Assembly (NCBI GenBank): GCA_965220965.1
Contig: OZ244852.1
Coordinates: 2,048,001-2,112,000, forward strand
Length of the DNA stretch: 64,000 nt
DNA from: Candidatus Marinacidobacterium sp.
GTDB lineage: Bacteria > Acidobacteriota > Vicinamibacteria > Marinacidobacterales > Marinacidobacteraceae
Direction: 5' to 3'
Numbering within the stretch: the first letter of the stretch is position 1; each line of letters starts with the position of its first letter. The notes under the pieces are model-generated. The model saw nothing but the letters and a program-made list of their open reading frames with translations, was not told the DNA's origin and ran no database searches. A program made the position numbers and the translations under genes. Below are positions 49,203 through 57,602 of the stretch, piece by piece.

Positions 49203-51229
49203 GGGAGGCCCTCCAGGAAGCGCACCGCCTCGGCGGTGTCGTGGATCCGCCGAAACGGCGGCAGGGAGTCGAGGATCCTCCGCCCGTAGGGACGGGTGAC
49301 CAGCCGGGAGTCGAACACCGCCGCGAGCCCCTGGTCCCGGTGGGACCGGATGAGGCGCCCGAGCCCCTGCTTGAGCGCGAGCGTGGTGAGCGGCACGGTG
49401 TAGTGGGCGAAGCCGCTTCCGGTCGCCTGCTCGGCGCGCTCCTGGCGGGCCTGCTGGAGCGGATCGGTGGGCACCGGAAACGGGAGCTTGTCGATCACCA
49501 GCAGGGTCAGGTCCTCTCCCGGGAGATCGACGCCCTCCCAGAAGGAGCGGACGCCGAGCAGCACGGCGTTCGATTGCCGCCGGAAGTCGTCGAGGCGACG
49601 CTGGTTCGCGCCGCCCTTCTCCTGGCGAAGCACCGGGTAGCGGCACGTCTCCCGGAGCCGCCGGTGGACGCGCTCCAGGTTGCCCCAGCTCGTGAACAGG
49701 ACGAGGGCCCGGCCGCGGCTGGCGTTGATGAGCTCGAGCAGCCGCCGGGCGACTTCGGGGACGAAGTGCGGACTCTGGGGCGGCGGCAGGTCGCGCGGCA
49801 CGAAGAGCCGCCCCTGGTCCTCATAGTCGAACGGGGAGGGGATCGCCGCCTCGCGCGCGTCCGGAACGCCGAGCTCCTCGGCGGCGTGCGCGAAGCCCCC
49901 ATCCACCGACAGCGTGGCGGAGGTCAGCACGCACGACCCGACCTCCTCGAACAGCAGGCCGGGGAGCTGGCCCCCGGGGTGCACCGGCGCCACGGTGGCG
50001 TAGAGCGCCGGGTTCGCTTTCGTTCGCTTGCCGGGCCGCCCGAGAGGCAGCGCTTCGGGCGAGGCCCGCCCGTCGTTGCGATCGACGACGCGGGTCCAGT
50101 GAACGACGTCTTCGCGCTCCCCGAAGACCTCTTCGAGATCGCGCTGGAGGTCCTGGATCTTGACGATCAGCCGCGTCGCGCCAGCCGCCGGGTCCTCCGC
50201 GCCGGGCGGCGCGGACGCCCGCTCCGACGCCGGTTCCGCCACCTCCTCGACGCTCGCCCCGAGCGCCGCGAGATGCGCCTCGGCGTGTTCCCTGGCCTCC
50301 GTCGCCGCTTCGGAGAGCGCCTGCGGATCGAATCCCTGCGCCTCGCCGGGGGCGCCCCACGGAAGCTCGCCAAAGAGCTCCTTCCAGGCGCGCTTCAGGC
50401 GCGCGGCGGCGGGCGGAGTGGCGCCCTCGGGGCGGGCCTTCTTCCAGAAGCGGTTCAGGTCGACGGCCAGCCGTTCCGCGGCGCCGGAGGTCAGGGTGTA
50501 GGAAAGGCTCTGGGTGGCGGCGGCCTCGAGGCGGTGCGCCTCATCCACGATGAGGCGGTCGTAGTCGCCGAGGATCTCCCCGAAACCGTTCTGCCGGACC
50601 AGCCGATCCGCCACCAGCAGGTGGTGGTTCACGATGAGGATCCGGCTCTTGCGGGTCGCCTGGCGAAGGTTCGTCAGATAACACTCGTCGTACTCGGGAC
50701 AGTTGCGGCCGATGCAGTTCTCCGCGACGGTCGAGATCCCGCGCCAGAACCCCGGCGAACTCCGCATCCCGGGGATCTCGTCCCGGTCGCCGGTCTTCGT
50801 GGTCGCCGCCCACGTCTCGATCCGGCGGATGTCCGCCTGCCGGGCTCGCGGGTGGAGGGCGGTTTCCCCGTCGAGGAGGCGGCCCCACTCCAGCCGGCAC
50901 AGGTAGTTCTCCCTTCCCTTGACCCGGACGGCCTGGACCCGCCGACCCAGCAGCCGCTGGAGTTGCGGCAGGTCCTTCTCGAAGAGCTGGTCCTGGAGCG
51001 CCCGGGTGGCCGTCGAGATGACGACCCTTTCGTCGTGCAGGATCGCTGGGATCAGGTAGGCGAAGGACTTGCCGATCCCGGTGCCGGCCTCCACGAAGAG
51101 CGAGCCCCCGTCGCGAAGGACCTCCTCGACCTGCGCCGCCATCTCGATCTGTCCTTCCCGGACCTCGAACCCGGGCAGGCCGCGGGCCAGCGGCCCTTCG
51201 GGACCGAGGAGGTCGGCGGCCTCGCTCAT
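49199..51229 (-). CDS. ATP-dependent DNA helicase, DinG/YoaA family
   Basis: [17 protein letters not shown], Fe-S cysteines, [29 protein letters not shown]. Confidence 0.9.
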   Translation of the reverse strand: MSEAADLLGPEGPLARGLPGFEVREGQIEMAAQVEEVLRDGGSLFVEAGTGIGKSFAYLIPAILHDERVVISTATRALQDQLFEKDLPQLQRLLGRRVQAVRVKGRENYLCRLEWGRLLDGETALHPRARQADIRRIETWAATTKTGDRDEIPGMRSSPGFWRGISTVAENCIGRNCPEYDECYLTNLRQATRKSRILIVNHHLLVADRLVRQNGFGEILGDYDRLIVDEAHRLEAAATQSLSYTLTSGAAERLAVDLNRFWKKARPEGATPPAAARLKRAWKELFGELPWGAPGEAQGFDPQALSEAATEAREHAEAHLAALGASVEEVAEPASERASAPPGAEDPAAGATRLIVKIQDLQRDLEEVFGEREDVVHWTRVVDRNDGRASPEALPLGRPGKRTKANPALYATVAPVHPGGQLPGLLFEEVGSCVLTSATLSVDGGFAHAAEELGVPDAREAAIPSPFDYEDQGRLFVPRDLPPPQSPHFVPEVARRLLELINASRGRALVLFTSWGNLERVHRRLRETCRYPVLRQEKGGANQRRLDDFRRQSNAVLLGVRSFWEGVDLPGEDLTLLVIDKLPFPVPTDPLQQARQERAEQATGSGFAHYTVPLTTLALKQGLGRLIRSHRDQGLAAVFDSRLVTRPYGRRILDSLPPFRRIHDTAEAVRFLEGLP

Positions 51230-51272
51230 GCCGTCCGGTCGCGGGGACCGGGGCGACGCCCGGCCGTCCGGT

Positions 51273-52553
51273 TCACTGGATCCGCTCGGTGTAGAGCGGG
51301 AACCCGGAGGCGAACTCGGCGACCTCGTCCCGAAGACGGGCGAGCGCCGGTTCGTCGCCGGCGGCCCGGAGCGCGCGGTCCATCAGGCCGGCCACGACCC
51401 CCATCTCCGCCTCGCGCATCCCCCGGGTGGTGAGCGCCGCCGCGCCGAGACGGATCCCGCTGGCGATCATGGGCTTTTCCGGGTCGAAGGGGATCGTGTT
51501 CTTGTTCGCGGTGATCCCAGCCTCTTCGAGCACCTGTTCGGCGTCCCGCCCGGTGGTTCCGCGGGCCCGGACATCGACGAGCACGAGGTGGTTGTCGGTC
51601 CCTCCCGAGACGATGCGGAAGCGGTGGCCGGTGAGCGCCTCGGCGAGCGCCTTCGCGTTCGCCACCGTCTGGTGGGCGTAGTCGGAGAAGCCGGGCTGGA
51701 GCGCCTCCCGGAAGCAGACCGCCTTGGCGGCGATGGTGTGCATCATCGGCCCACCCTGGGTCCCGGGGAAGGTGAGGCTCTGGATCCGCTTGCTCAGCTT
51801 CCGGTCGTTCCAGAGGATGAGGCCGCCCCTCGGACCCCGCAGCGTCTTGTGGGTCGTGGTGGTCACGATGTCGGAGAGCGGCGTGGGGTTCGGCAGCGCG
51901 CCGCCGGCGACCAGGCCGGCGATGTGCGCCATGTCGGTGAAGACCCGGGCCCCGACCTCGTCTGCGATCTCGCGGATTTCCGGGTTCGGGAAGATGCGCG
52001 GGTAGGCGCTCGCCCCCACCAGGATCATCTTCGGCCGGTGCTCGCGGGCGAGCCGCCGGAGCTCGTCGAGGTCGAGCTGCTCGGTGTCCCGACGCACCCC
52101 GTAGGGGACCGGGTGGTAGGTCTGGCCGGAGAAGTTCAGCGGATGGCCATGCGTGAGGTGGCCTCCCTGGTCGAGCGCCATGCCCAGGAACGTGTCCCCC
52201 GGCTCGAGCAGGGTCTGGAACGCGACCATGTTCGCCTGCGTCCCGCTGTGCGGCTGGACGTTCGCCGATCGCGAGCCGAAGAGCTCCTTCGCCCGGTTGC
52301 GCGCCAGCCGCTCGGCGTCGTCCACGTGGATGCAGCCGCCGTAGTAGCGCCGGCCCGGGTAGCCCTCGGCGTACTTGTTCGTCATCACGGAGCCGGTGGC
52401 CTCCATGACGGCATCGCTCGCGAAGTTCTCGGAAGCGATGAGTTCGAGGCCCTCGGACTGGCGCGCCGCCTCGGCGCGGATGGTGGCGGCGATCTCGGGA
52501 TCGGCCTCCGCGAGCGGCGGGCCGAACAGGACGCGGGTGCGGGAATCGGTCAC
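51273..52553 (-). CDS. glyA: Serine hydroxymethyltransferase
   Basis: [52 protein letters not shown]. Confidence 0.97.
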   Translation of the reverse strand: MTDSRTRVLFGPPLAEADPEIAATIRAEAARQSEGLELIASENFASDAVMEATGSVMTNKYAEGYPGRRYYGGCIHVDDAERLARNRAKELFGSRSANVQPHSGTQANMVAFQTLLEPGDTFLGMALDQGGHLTHGHPLNFSGQTYHPVPYGVRRDTEQLDLDELRRLAREHRPKMILVGASAYPRIFPNPEIREIADEVGARVFTDMAHIAGLVAGGALPNPTPLSDIVTTTTHKTLRGPRGGLILWNDRKLSKRIQSLTFPGTQGGPMMHTIAAKAVCFREALQPGFSDYAHQTVANAKALAEALTGHRFRIVSGGTDNHLVLVDVRARGTTGRDAEQVLEEAGITANKNTIPFDPEKPMIASGIRLGAAALTTRGMREAEMGVVAGLMDRALRAAGDEPALARLRDEVAEFASGFPLYTERIQ

Positions 52554-52590
52554 GGCGCGAGTATAGAAAGCGGCGCCCCGTCCTGACCCT

Positions 52591-53511
52591 TCAGAGGAGG
52601 TAGGCCGCCGCGAACCCGATCTGGGCGAGCATCATCATGAGATACATGTGGCGCCAGGAGACGTGGTTCGCGTCGGTGGCGAGCTCTCCCGGCCGCCGGA
52701 GCAGGAGCCAGGCGGTGAAGACGCCGTAAAGCGCCAGTCCCACCCCAAGCAGGTCGAGCAGGAGAGCGTTTCCGGTGAGCAGCCCGGTGCGCACGCCGAG
52801 CGGTATCAGCGGAAACGGCAGCACGAAGAACGGCGCGATGCGCCACGCGGCGCCCCGGACGCCGTAGCGGACCGGGAGCGTCCGGCACCCGCCGGCGCGG
52901 TCCGCCTCGATGTCGGAGAAGTCCTTCGTCGTCGTGGCGCCGAGCAGGAAGAGGCCGAAGATCAGGCCGATGAACCACGGCTCGGGCGCGAGGACGGTGC
53001 GCAGCGAGGACCATCCCGCCACCTTGAGGAGGAGCCCCCGGGGGACGGCCACCGTCAGGTTGGCCACCATGCCGAGGCGCTTGGTGCGGAGCGGCGGCGC
53101 GGAGTACATCCACACGAAGCCGCTGGCGACGACCACGATCCAGAAGCACTCCCGCCCCGGCCCCGGACTCGCGAACCACGCGAGCGCGAGGGCGAGCGCC
53201 CAGACCACCGCCGTGAACCTCCGCGCCGCGGGAAGGCCCAACCGGCCCGACGGAAGCACCCGTCCCGGTTTGGCGATCCGGTCGATCTCGAGGTCGCAGA
53301 TCTGGTTCAGCGCGTTGCTCGCCGCGTTCAGCGCCGCCGCCATGAGCGAGCCCACGACCGGGTGGACCCACGAGACCTCGGCGAGTGGCGGCGAGGCGCC
53401 GAAGGCGGTGACGGCGCCGCTGAGGAAGCCGACGAGCGGAGGAAGGAGCGTGAACGGACGGGACAACTCGACGTAGAGGCCGGCCTGGCGGCGGACTTCC
53501 GCGAGGGTCAC
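52591..53511 (-). CDS. UbiA-superfamily prenyltransferase (DGGGP-synthase / homogentisate prenyltransferase-like branch)
   Basis: [47 protein letters not shown]; multi-TM. GTG at 53511 overlaps the DUF92 stop. Confidence 0.82.
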   Translation of the reverse strand: MTLAEVRRQAGLYVELSRPFTLLPPLVGFLSGAVTAFGASPPLAEVSWVHPVVGSLMAAALNAASNALNQICDLEIDRIAKPGRVLPSGRLGLPAARRFTAVVWALALALAWFASPGPGRECFWIVVVASGFVWMYSAPPLRTKRLGMVANLTVAVPRGLLLKVAGWSSLRTVLAPEPWFIGLIFGLFLLGATTTKDFSDIEADRAGGCRTLPVRYGVRGAAWRIAPFFVLPFPLIPLGVRTGLLTGNALLLDLLGVGLALYGVFTAWLLLRRPGELATDANHVSWRHMYLMMMLAQIGFAAAYLL

Positions 53512-54227
53512 GCGCCTGCCCCGTAGGCGAGGGTCGCCGTCAGGACGCCTCCCGCCAGAACCGAGACGGCGTTCACACCGTCGTTGTCCAGCCACCCCCG
53601 CTGCTCCAGCGGCGCCAGGAGTCCCTCGAGCATCGCCGCGGCGAACCCGCAGGAAGCCGCAACGACCGCTATCGAGGCCGTGACGACGGACCCGGCGACG
53701 GCCACGCCCGCCACCAGCGCCGCCGCGGCCGCGCCCGCGAGCGAACCGGCGACGCTCACGCCGCCCGGCGTACCCGGCGGGACGCGGGAGAGGTCGGTGA
53801 GCCGCACGACGCGCCCGTCGAGCGCCATCCCGATCTCGGAGGCGACGGTGTCGGCGGCGGCCGTCGCCAGCGCTCCCGTGAACCCCGCCGCGGCCGCCGC
53901 GAACGCGGGGTCCCTCTCGCCGAGGAAGCCGGCGGCGATCGCGAAGGCGAGCGGGGGGCCCCCGTTCGCGAGCGCCTGCCGGACGCCGCGCGCGCCGCCG
54001 CGGCGTTCGGCGACACCGCGCGCCGCCTTGCGGCGCCAGCCGATGCGGGTCGCCGCCGAGCCGAGGATGAAGTAAGCCAGCAGCGCAACGTACCCCGGCC
54101 AGCCCAGCCCGATGGCCACGCCGGCGCCCACCAGGAAGGCCGCGGCGCCGCCCATCTGGGTGAGCGTCCCGATCCGGACGGCGCCCGCCGCCAGCACGGC
54201 GTTGACGGCGAGAAGCAGGGGGAGCAC
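53508..54227 (-). CDS. DUF92 (TMEM19/VTE6-like) membrane protein
   Basis: RGVRQALANGG, AAADTVASEIG, VPPGTPGGVSVAG and NDGVN are DUF92 signatures. Confidence 0.85.
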   Translation of the reverse strand: MLPLLLAVNAVLAAGAVRIGTLTQMGGAAAFLVGAGVAIGLGWPGYVALLAYFILGSAATRIGWRRKAARGVAERRGGARGVRQALANGGPPLAFAIAAGFLGERDPAFAAAAAGFTGALATAAADTVASEIGMALDGRVVRLTDLSRVPPGTPGGVSVAGSLAGAAAAALVAGVAVAGSVVTASIAVVAASCGFAAAMLEGLLAPLEQRGWLDNDGVNAVSVLAGGVLTATLAYGAGA

Positions 54228-54275
54228 GTTGGACTCAGGGGCCCGGGGCGGGCCGGGCTCCGCGCCGCGGACGGA

Positions 54276-56531
54276 TCAGTAGTACCGGTCCCGCTCTCCG
54301 GCGCCGAAGCCGAAACTCGTCAGCCCGCCGAGGGTGATCCCGACGTGGAACAGATTCTCGGTCCTGCTGGGGAGGTTGTAGCGGATCCACTCCACGTTCA
54401 GCCCGCAGCACTGGAGCAGAAAGTCGGCCCGCACGCGCAGGTGCGACAGCCGGCGCTCGGTGATGTCGAAGTTGATGTCGGTTCCGCCGCGGAAGGCCTT
54501 GCCGAGGAAGAAGTCCGCGCCGCCGCGCAGGTAGCTCGAGGTGTCCACTTCCTCGCTGTCCTCGTCGCCGATGCGGCGCGAACGCCGGGACCAGTTGAAG
54601 TGGAACTGCTGGTCCGAGAGCCGGTCCCCGACCCGAAGGCCGGCGCGGACCGAGGTGAAAAGGCGTTCGTCCGGATCCCACTCCATCGTCCAGTCCCCGT
54701 TGACCGCCTGGTCGGGAGTGAAGCGGAAATCGGAGCGGATCGGCGACTTCTCCACCGCGCTCTCCTCGAAGGAGGAGGAGACGTAGTTCGAGTCGAACGC
54801 CCCCGCCGCTTCGTTGAAATAGAAGGTCTGGTGGACCCGCCAGGTGATCAGGTCGGTTGCGCTCGACTCCTCGACGCCGTTCCGGTAGCGCTTGGCCAGC
54901 ACCCGGTTCGCCAGCCCGAAACTCACCTCGTTTCGCTGGGGCGCGCGGTCATAGCTGTCGAGGCGGCGGACGTGTTCGGCGCCTTCGCCGCCTGTCAGGT
55001 AGCTCCACCGCACCTCCGGTTCGACGAGGTGCTTGAGGCGGGCCGCATAGAAGTTGTTCGGGGTCTCGAAGATGCGCTCCAGCTTGGGGCCCACCAGGAA
55101 CGCGTTGCCGCCGTAGAACCGGCGCGCGATCCCGAGCCCGGGAACGAAGTCGCCGGTCTCGGGATCCTCGGACCCGGTGTAGCGCATGTACCCCCCCTCG
55201 ATCTCGGCGCGAAGGTCGAGGAACGGGATCTCGGGAAGCGAAAGCCCGAGCGTGGGCGCGAAGACCATGCGGCTCCACTCCTCGAACTCATCGCGCCGCG
55301 ACTGACCGGACCGGACGAGGTCCGCCTCGTAGGAGAGCTGGACGTAGCGACCGGCCAGGTTCAGGTTCCGCCGCTCGATCGAGAGCTGCGGCCACGTCTG
55401 CCGGATGCTGTTGCGCTCCGGGTACTGGGTGTCCCGACGGTCGGCCCGGAACTTCACCCGGTGTTTCAGGAGCTGTCCGCTGAGGTCGAACTTCGTCCGC
55501 TTGTAGCGCCGGGTGGAACTCGCGAAGGAGTCCTGGAAGCGACGGCCGAAGTCGAAACTGGAATACATGTCCCCGGTCGCGCTGAGCCGGAAGCGTCCGG
55601 GGAGCCGCTGGGTGACGTCGAAGGCAAGCGAGTACTCCCGGTTCTCGGTCGTCCGGTCGTTGATGACGAAGCCCTCCACGTCGCCCCGCGACCCCTCCGC
55701 GCCGCGGTAGCGGTATTCGAGACCCATGCCGGTTCCGGAGACGGTGAAGTGGTCCACGCTGACCGTCGCGTCCATCGAGCGGTTGATCGCCCAGAAGTAG
55801 CCCTGACTGAAGAGGTGCCCCCGGGTATCGGAGCGGCCGTAGCGGGGAAGCAGGAACCCGCTTTGCCGCCCGTCTTCCTCGATGGGGTAATACATCGCCG
55901 GGAGGAAGAGCACCGGAGCGTTCTTCACCTGAAAGGACACGTTCCGGAGCCACACGTTCTTCCCCGGACGCACGACCGCGCTGGTCGCGGTGAAGCTCCA
56001 GCGGGGATTGGGCTGGGCGCAGGTGGTGAAGGCGCCGTTCGTGATCTCGTAGGCGCCGTCGTCGCGCTCCTCGAAGCGTTCGGCGACGAAGTGGAAGTCC
56101 TGTCCCACGATGCCGCGCGCCTCCTGGAAGACCGCGGTTCCGGCCTCGAGGTCCGCCGTCATGGCCTCCGCCACGACCTTCTCGTTCCCGCGCTCGAAGA
56201 CCACATCCCCGGAAGCGGACAGCGTCTGGGCGTCCTCGTCGATCTCGATCCGGTCCGCCTGGACGCGGATGTCCCGGTATGCCATCTGGGCGTAGCCCTC
56301 GAGCGCGACCCGGGCCCCCTCCCGCTCCACCGATTCGGCGCGGGTGATCATCGTTCCCTCGGGCGGGGGGTCGTGCGGCCAGGCGACCGGCGGCTCGGGC
56401 TCCCGCTCCCTCCGGGCGCCCCTCGGCTGCGCCTCGGCGTCGAGAACCGCGGAACACGCAAGCACCCCCACGGCCACGATGCTCCGGCAGAGCGGGCGGG
56501 CGGCGGATCCCATGGCCCGCAGCGGATGCAA
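54276..56531 (-). CDS. lptD: LPS-assembly protein LptD
   Basis: Signal peptide, beta-jellyroll (QADRI, ASGDV), FTTCAQPNPRW, RQSGFLLP, YFWAINRSMDAT, KHLVEP, terminal QCC. The start may be ATG 56513. Confidence 0.85.
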   Translation of the reverse strand: MHPLRAMGSAARPLCRSIVAVGVLACSAVLDAEAQPRGARREREPEPPVAWPHDPPPEGTMITRAESVEREGARVALEGYAQMAYRDIRVQADRIEIDEDAQTLSASGDVVFERGNEKVVAEAMTADLEAGTAVFQEARGIVGQDFHFVAERFEERDDGAYEITNGAFTTCAQPNPRWSFTATSAVVRPGKNVWLRNVSFQVKNAPVLFLPAMYYPIEEDGRQSGFLLPRYGRSDTRGHLFSQGYFWAINRSMDATVSVDHFTVSGTGMGLEYRYRGAEGSRGDVEGFVINDRTTENREYSLAFDVTQRLPGRFRLSATGDMYSSFDFGRRFQDSFASSTRRYKRTKFDLSGQLLKHRVKFRADRRDTQYPERNSIRQTWPQLSIERRNLNLAGRYVQLSYEADLVRSGQSRRDEFEEWSRMVFAPTLGLSLPEIPFLDLRAEIEGGYMRYTGSEDPETGDFVPGLGIARRFYGGNAFLVGPKLERIFETPNNFYAARLKHLVEPEVRWSYLTGGEGAEHVRRLDSYDRAPQRNEVSFGLANRVLAKRYRNGVEESSATDLITWRVHQTFYFNEAAGAFDSNYVSSSFEESAVEKSPIRSDFRFTPDQAVNGDWTMEWDPDERLFTSVRAGLRVGDRLSDQQFHFNWSRRSRRIGDEDSEEVDTSSYLRGGADFFLGKAFRGGTDINFDITERRLSHLRVRADFLLQCCGLNVEWIRYNLPSRTENLFHVGITLGGLTSFGFGAGERDRYY

Positions 56532-56568
56532 TGCGCGTTCCCGCTCCCCGCCGGATCCGGCGGATTCC

Positions 56569-57177
56569 CTAACGGGAGGCTTCGTAGTAGGGGTTCGTGC
56601 CGGCGGCGTGATCCGTGGTGTCCAGGATCGCCCCGATCCCGGGGACCGCCCGGCGCAGGCTCCGCTCGACGCCCTGGCGCAGGGTGGCGGTCGCCATCCC
56701 GCAGCCCTGGCAGCCGCCGCCCATCTTCAGGAACACCTGGTTGCGGTCCACCCGCACCAGGTCGATCCATCCGCCGTGCGACGCGACCGCCGGGTTGATC
56801 TCGTCGCGGAGCACCGTCTGGACGCCTTCCCGGATCGAGTCCTCCGAGGGGAGTTCGTCCAGGACCTCGGGATCGACCGCCAACTCGCCGCTCTCGAGGA
56901 CGCTCCGGATCCGGCGGCCGACCTCGCGGCCGATCGGCATCCAGTTGCCTCCGGTGTCGGCGTTCACGGTGACGAGGCTGTCCTGGATGAGCACTCCCTG
57001 GACGCCGGGTATCCCGAGGATCGCCCGGGCCATCGGCGACCGCCCGGCCTGCGCGGAGGAGTCGAAGAAGACGGACCCCTCGGGGAAGATCGGGCGGTCC
57101 ACCACGAACCGGCAGGTGTCGTTGTCGCGGGGTTCGGCGCGGATGCGGATTCCGTCTGGGGGCGTCGGCGCAGCCAT
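56569..57177 (-). CDS. Nfu/NifU-type Fe-S carrier (Nfu N-terminal domain + NifU C domain)
   Basis: SPMARAILGIPGV, EINPAVASHGG, MGGGCQGC, DTTDHAAGTNPYY. ATG at 57177. Confidence 0.88.
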   Translation of the reverse strand: MAAPTPPDGIRIRAEPRDNDTCRFVVDRPIFPEGSVFFDSSAQAGRSPMARAILGIPGVQGVLIQDSLVTVNADTGGNWMPIGREVGRRIRSVLESGELAVDPEVLDELPSEDSIREGVQTVLRDEINPAVASHGGWIDLVRVDRNQVFLKMGGGCQGCGMATATLRQGVERSLRRAVPGIGAILDTTDHAAGTNPYYEASR

Positions 57178-57602
57178 GCGAAGAGTGTAGCGGCGGGGAG
57201 GCGGCGCCGGCGCCGGGAGATGAGCGCAGGGATCGTCCATGAAACCCCCGTTCCGCGTTCCACCCATTGAACCGGGACTGGCGGGTTTGTGGATGGGGCC
57301 GAAGGCCCGGATCCGGGATCCAGTTCCCCGAAGCGCGGCGACCGCAGCCTCTTCCGGCGCCCGGTAGAGGGTCCGAATCGCGATGCGCCGACAGCGCCCG
57401 GCGCTTCGTGTCCGGCCGGTCGGGTGGTGGGCCCACATGGCGGGAGCGGTCTCCGGGGCGCGCCCCTTGCGCCGAAAGGAGAACACCCGGGACGAGCCGC
57501 CCGGCGTCTTCCGAGGTCCCGGAATCCCCCGGAATTCAGGAAAGGCGACATCGCGGCTGTCCCGGGCCTTCTCTCATTCGCACAAAGGAGCGACACCATC
57601 CG

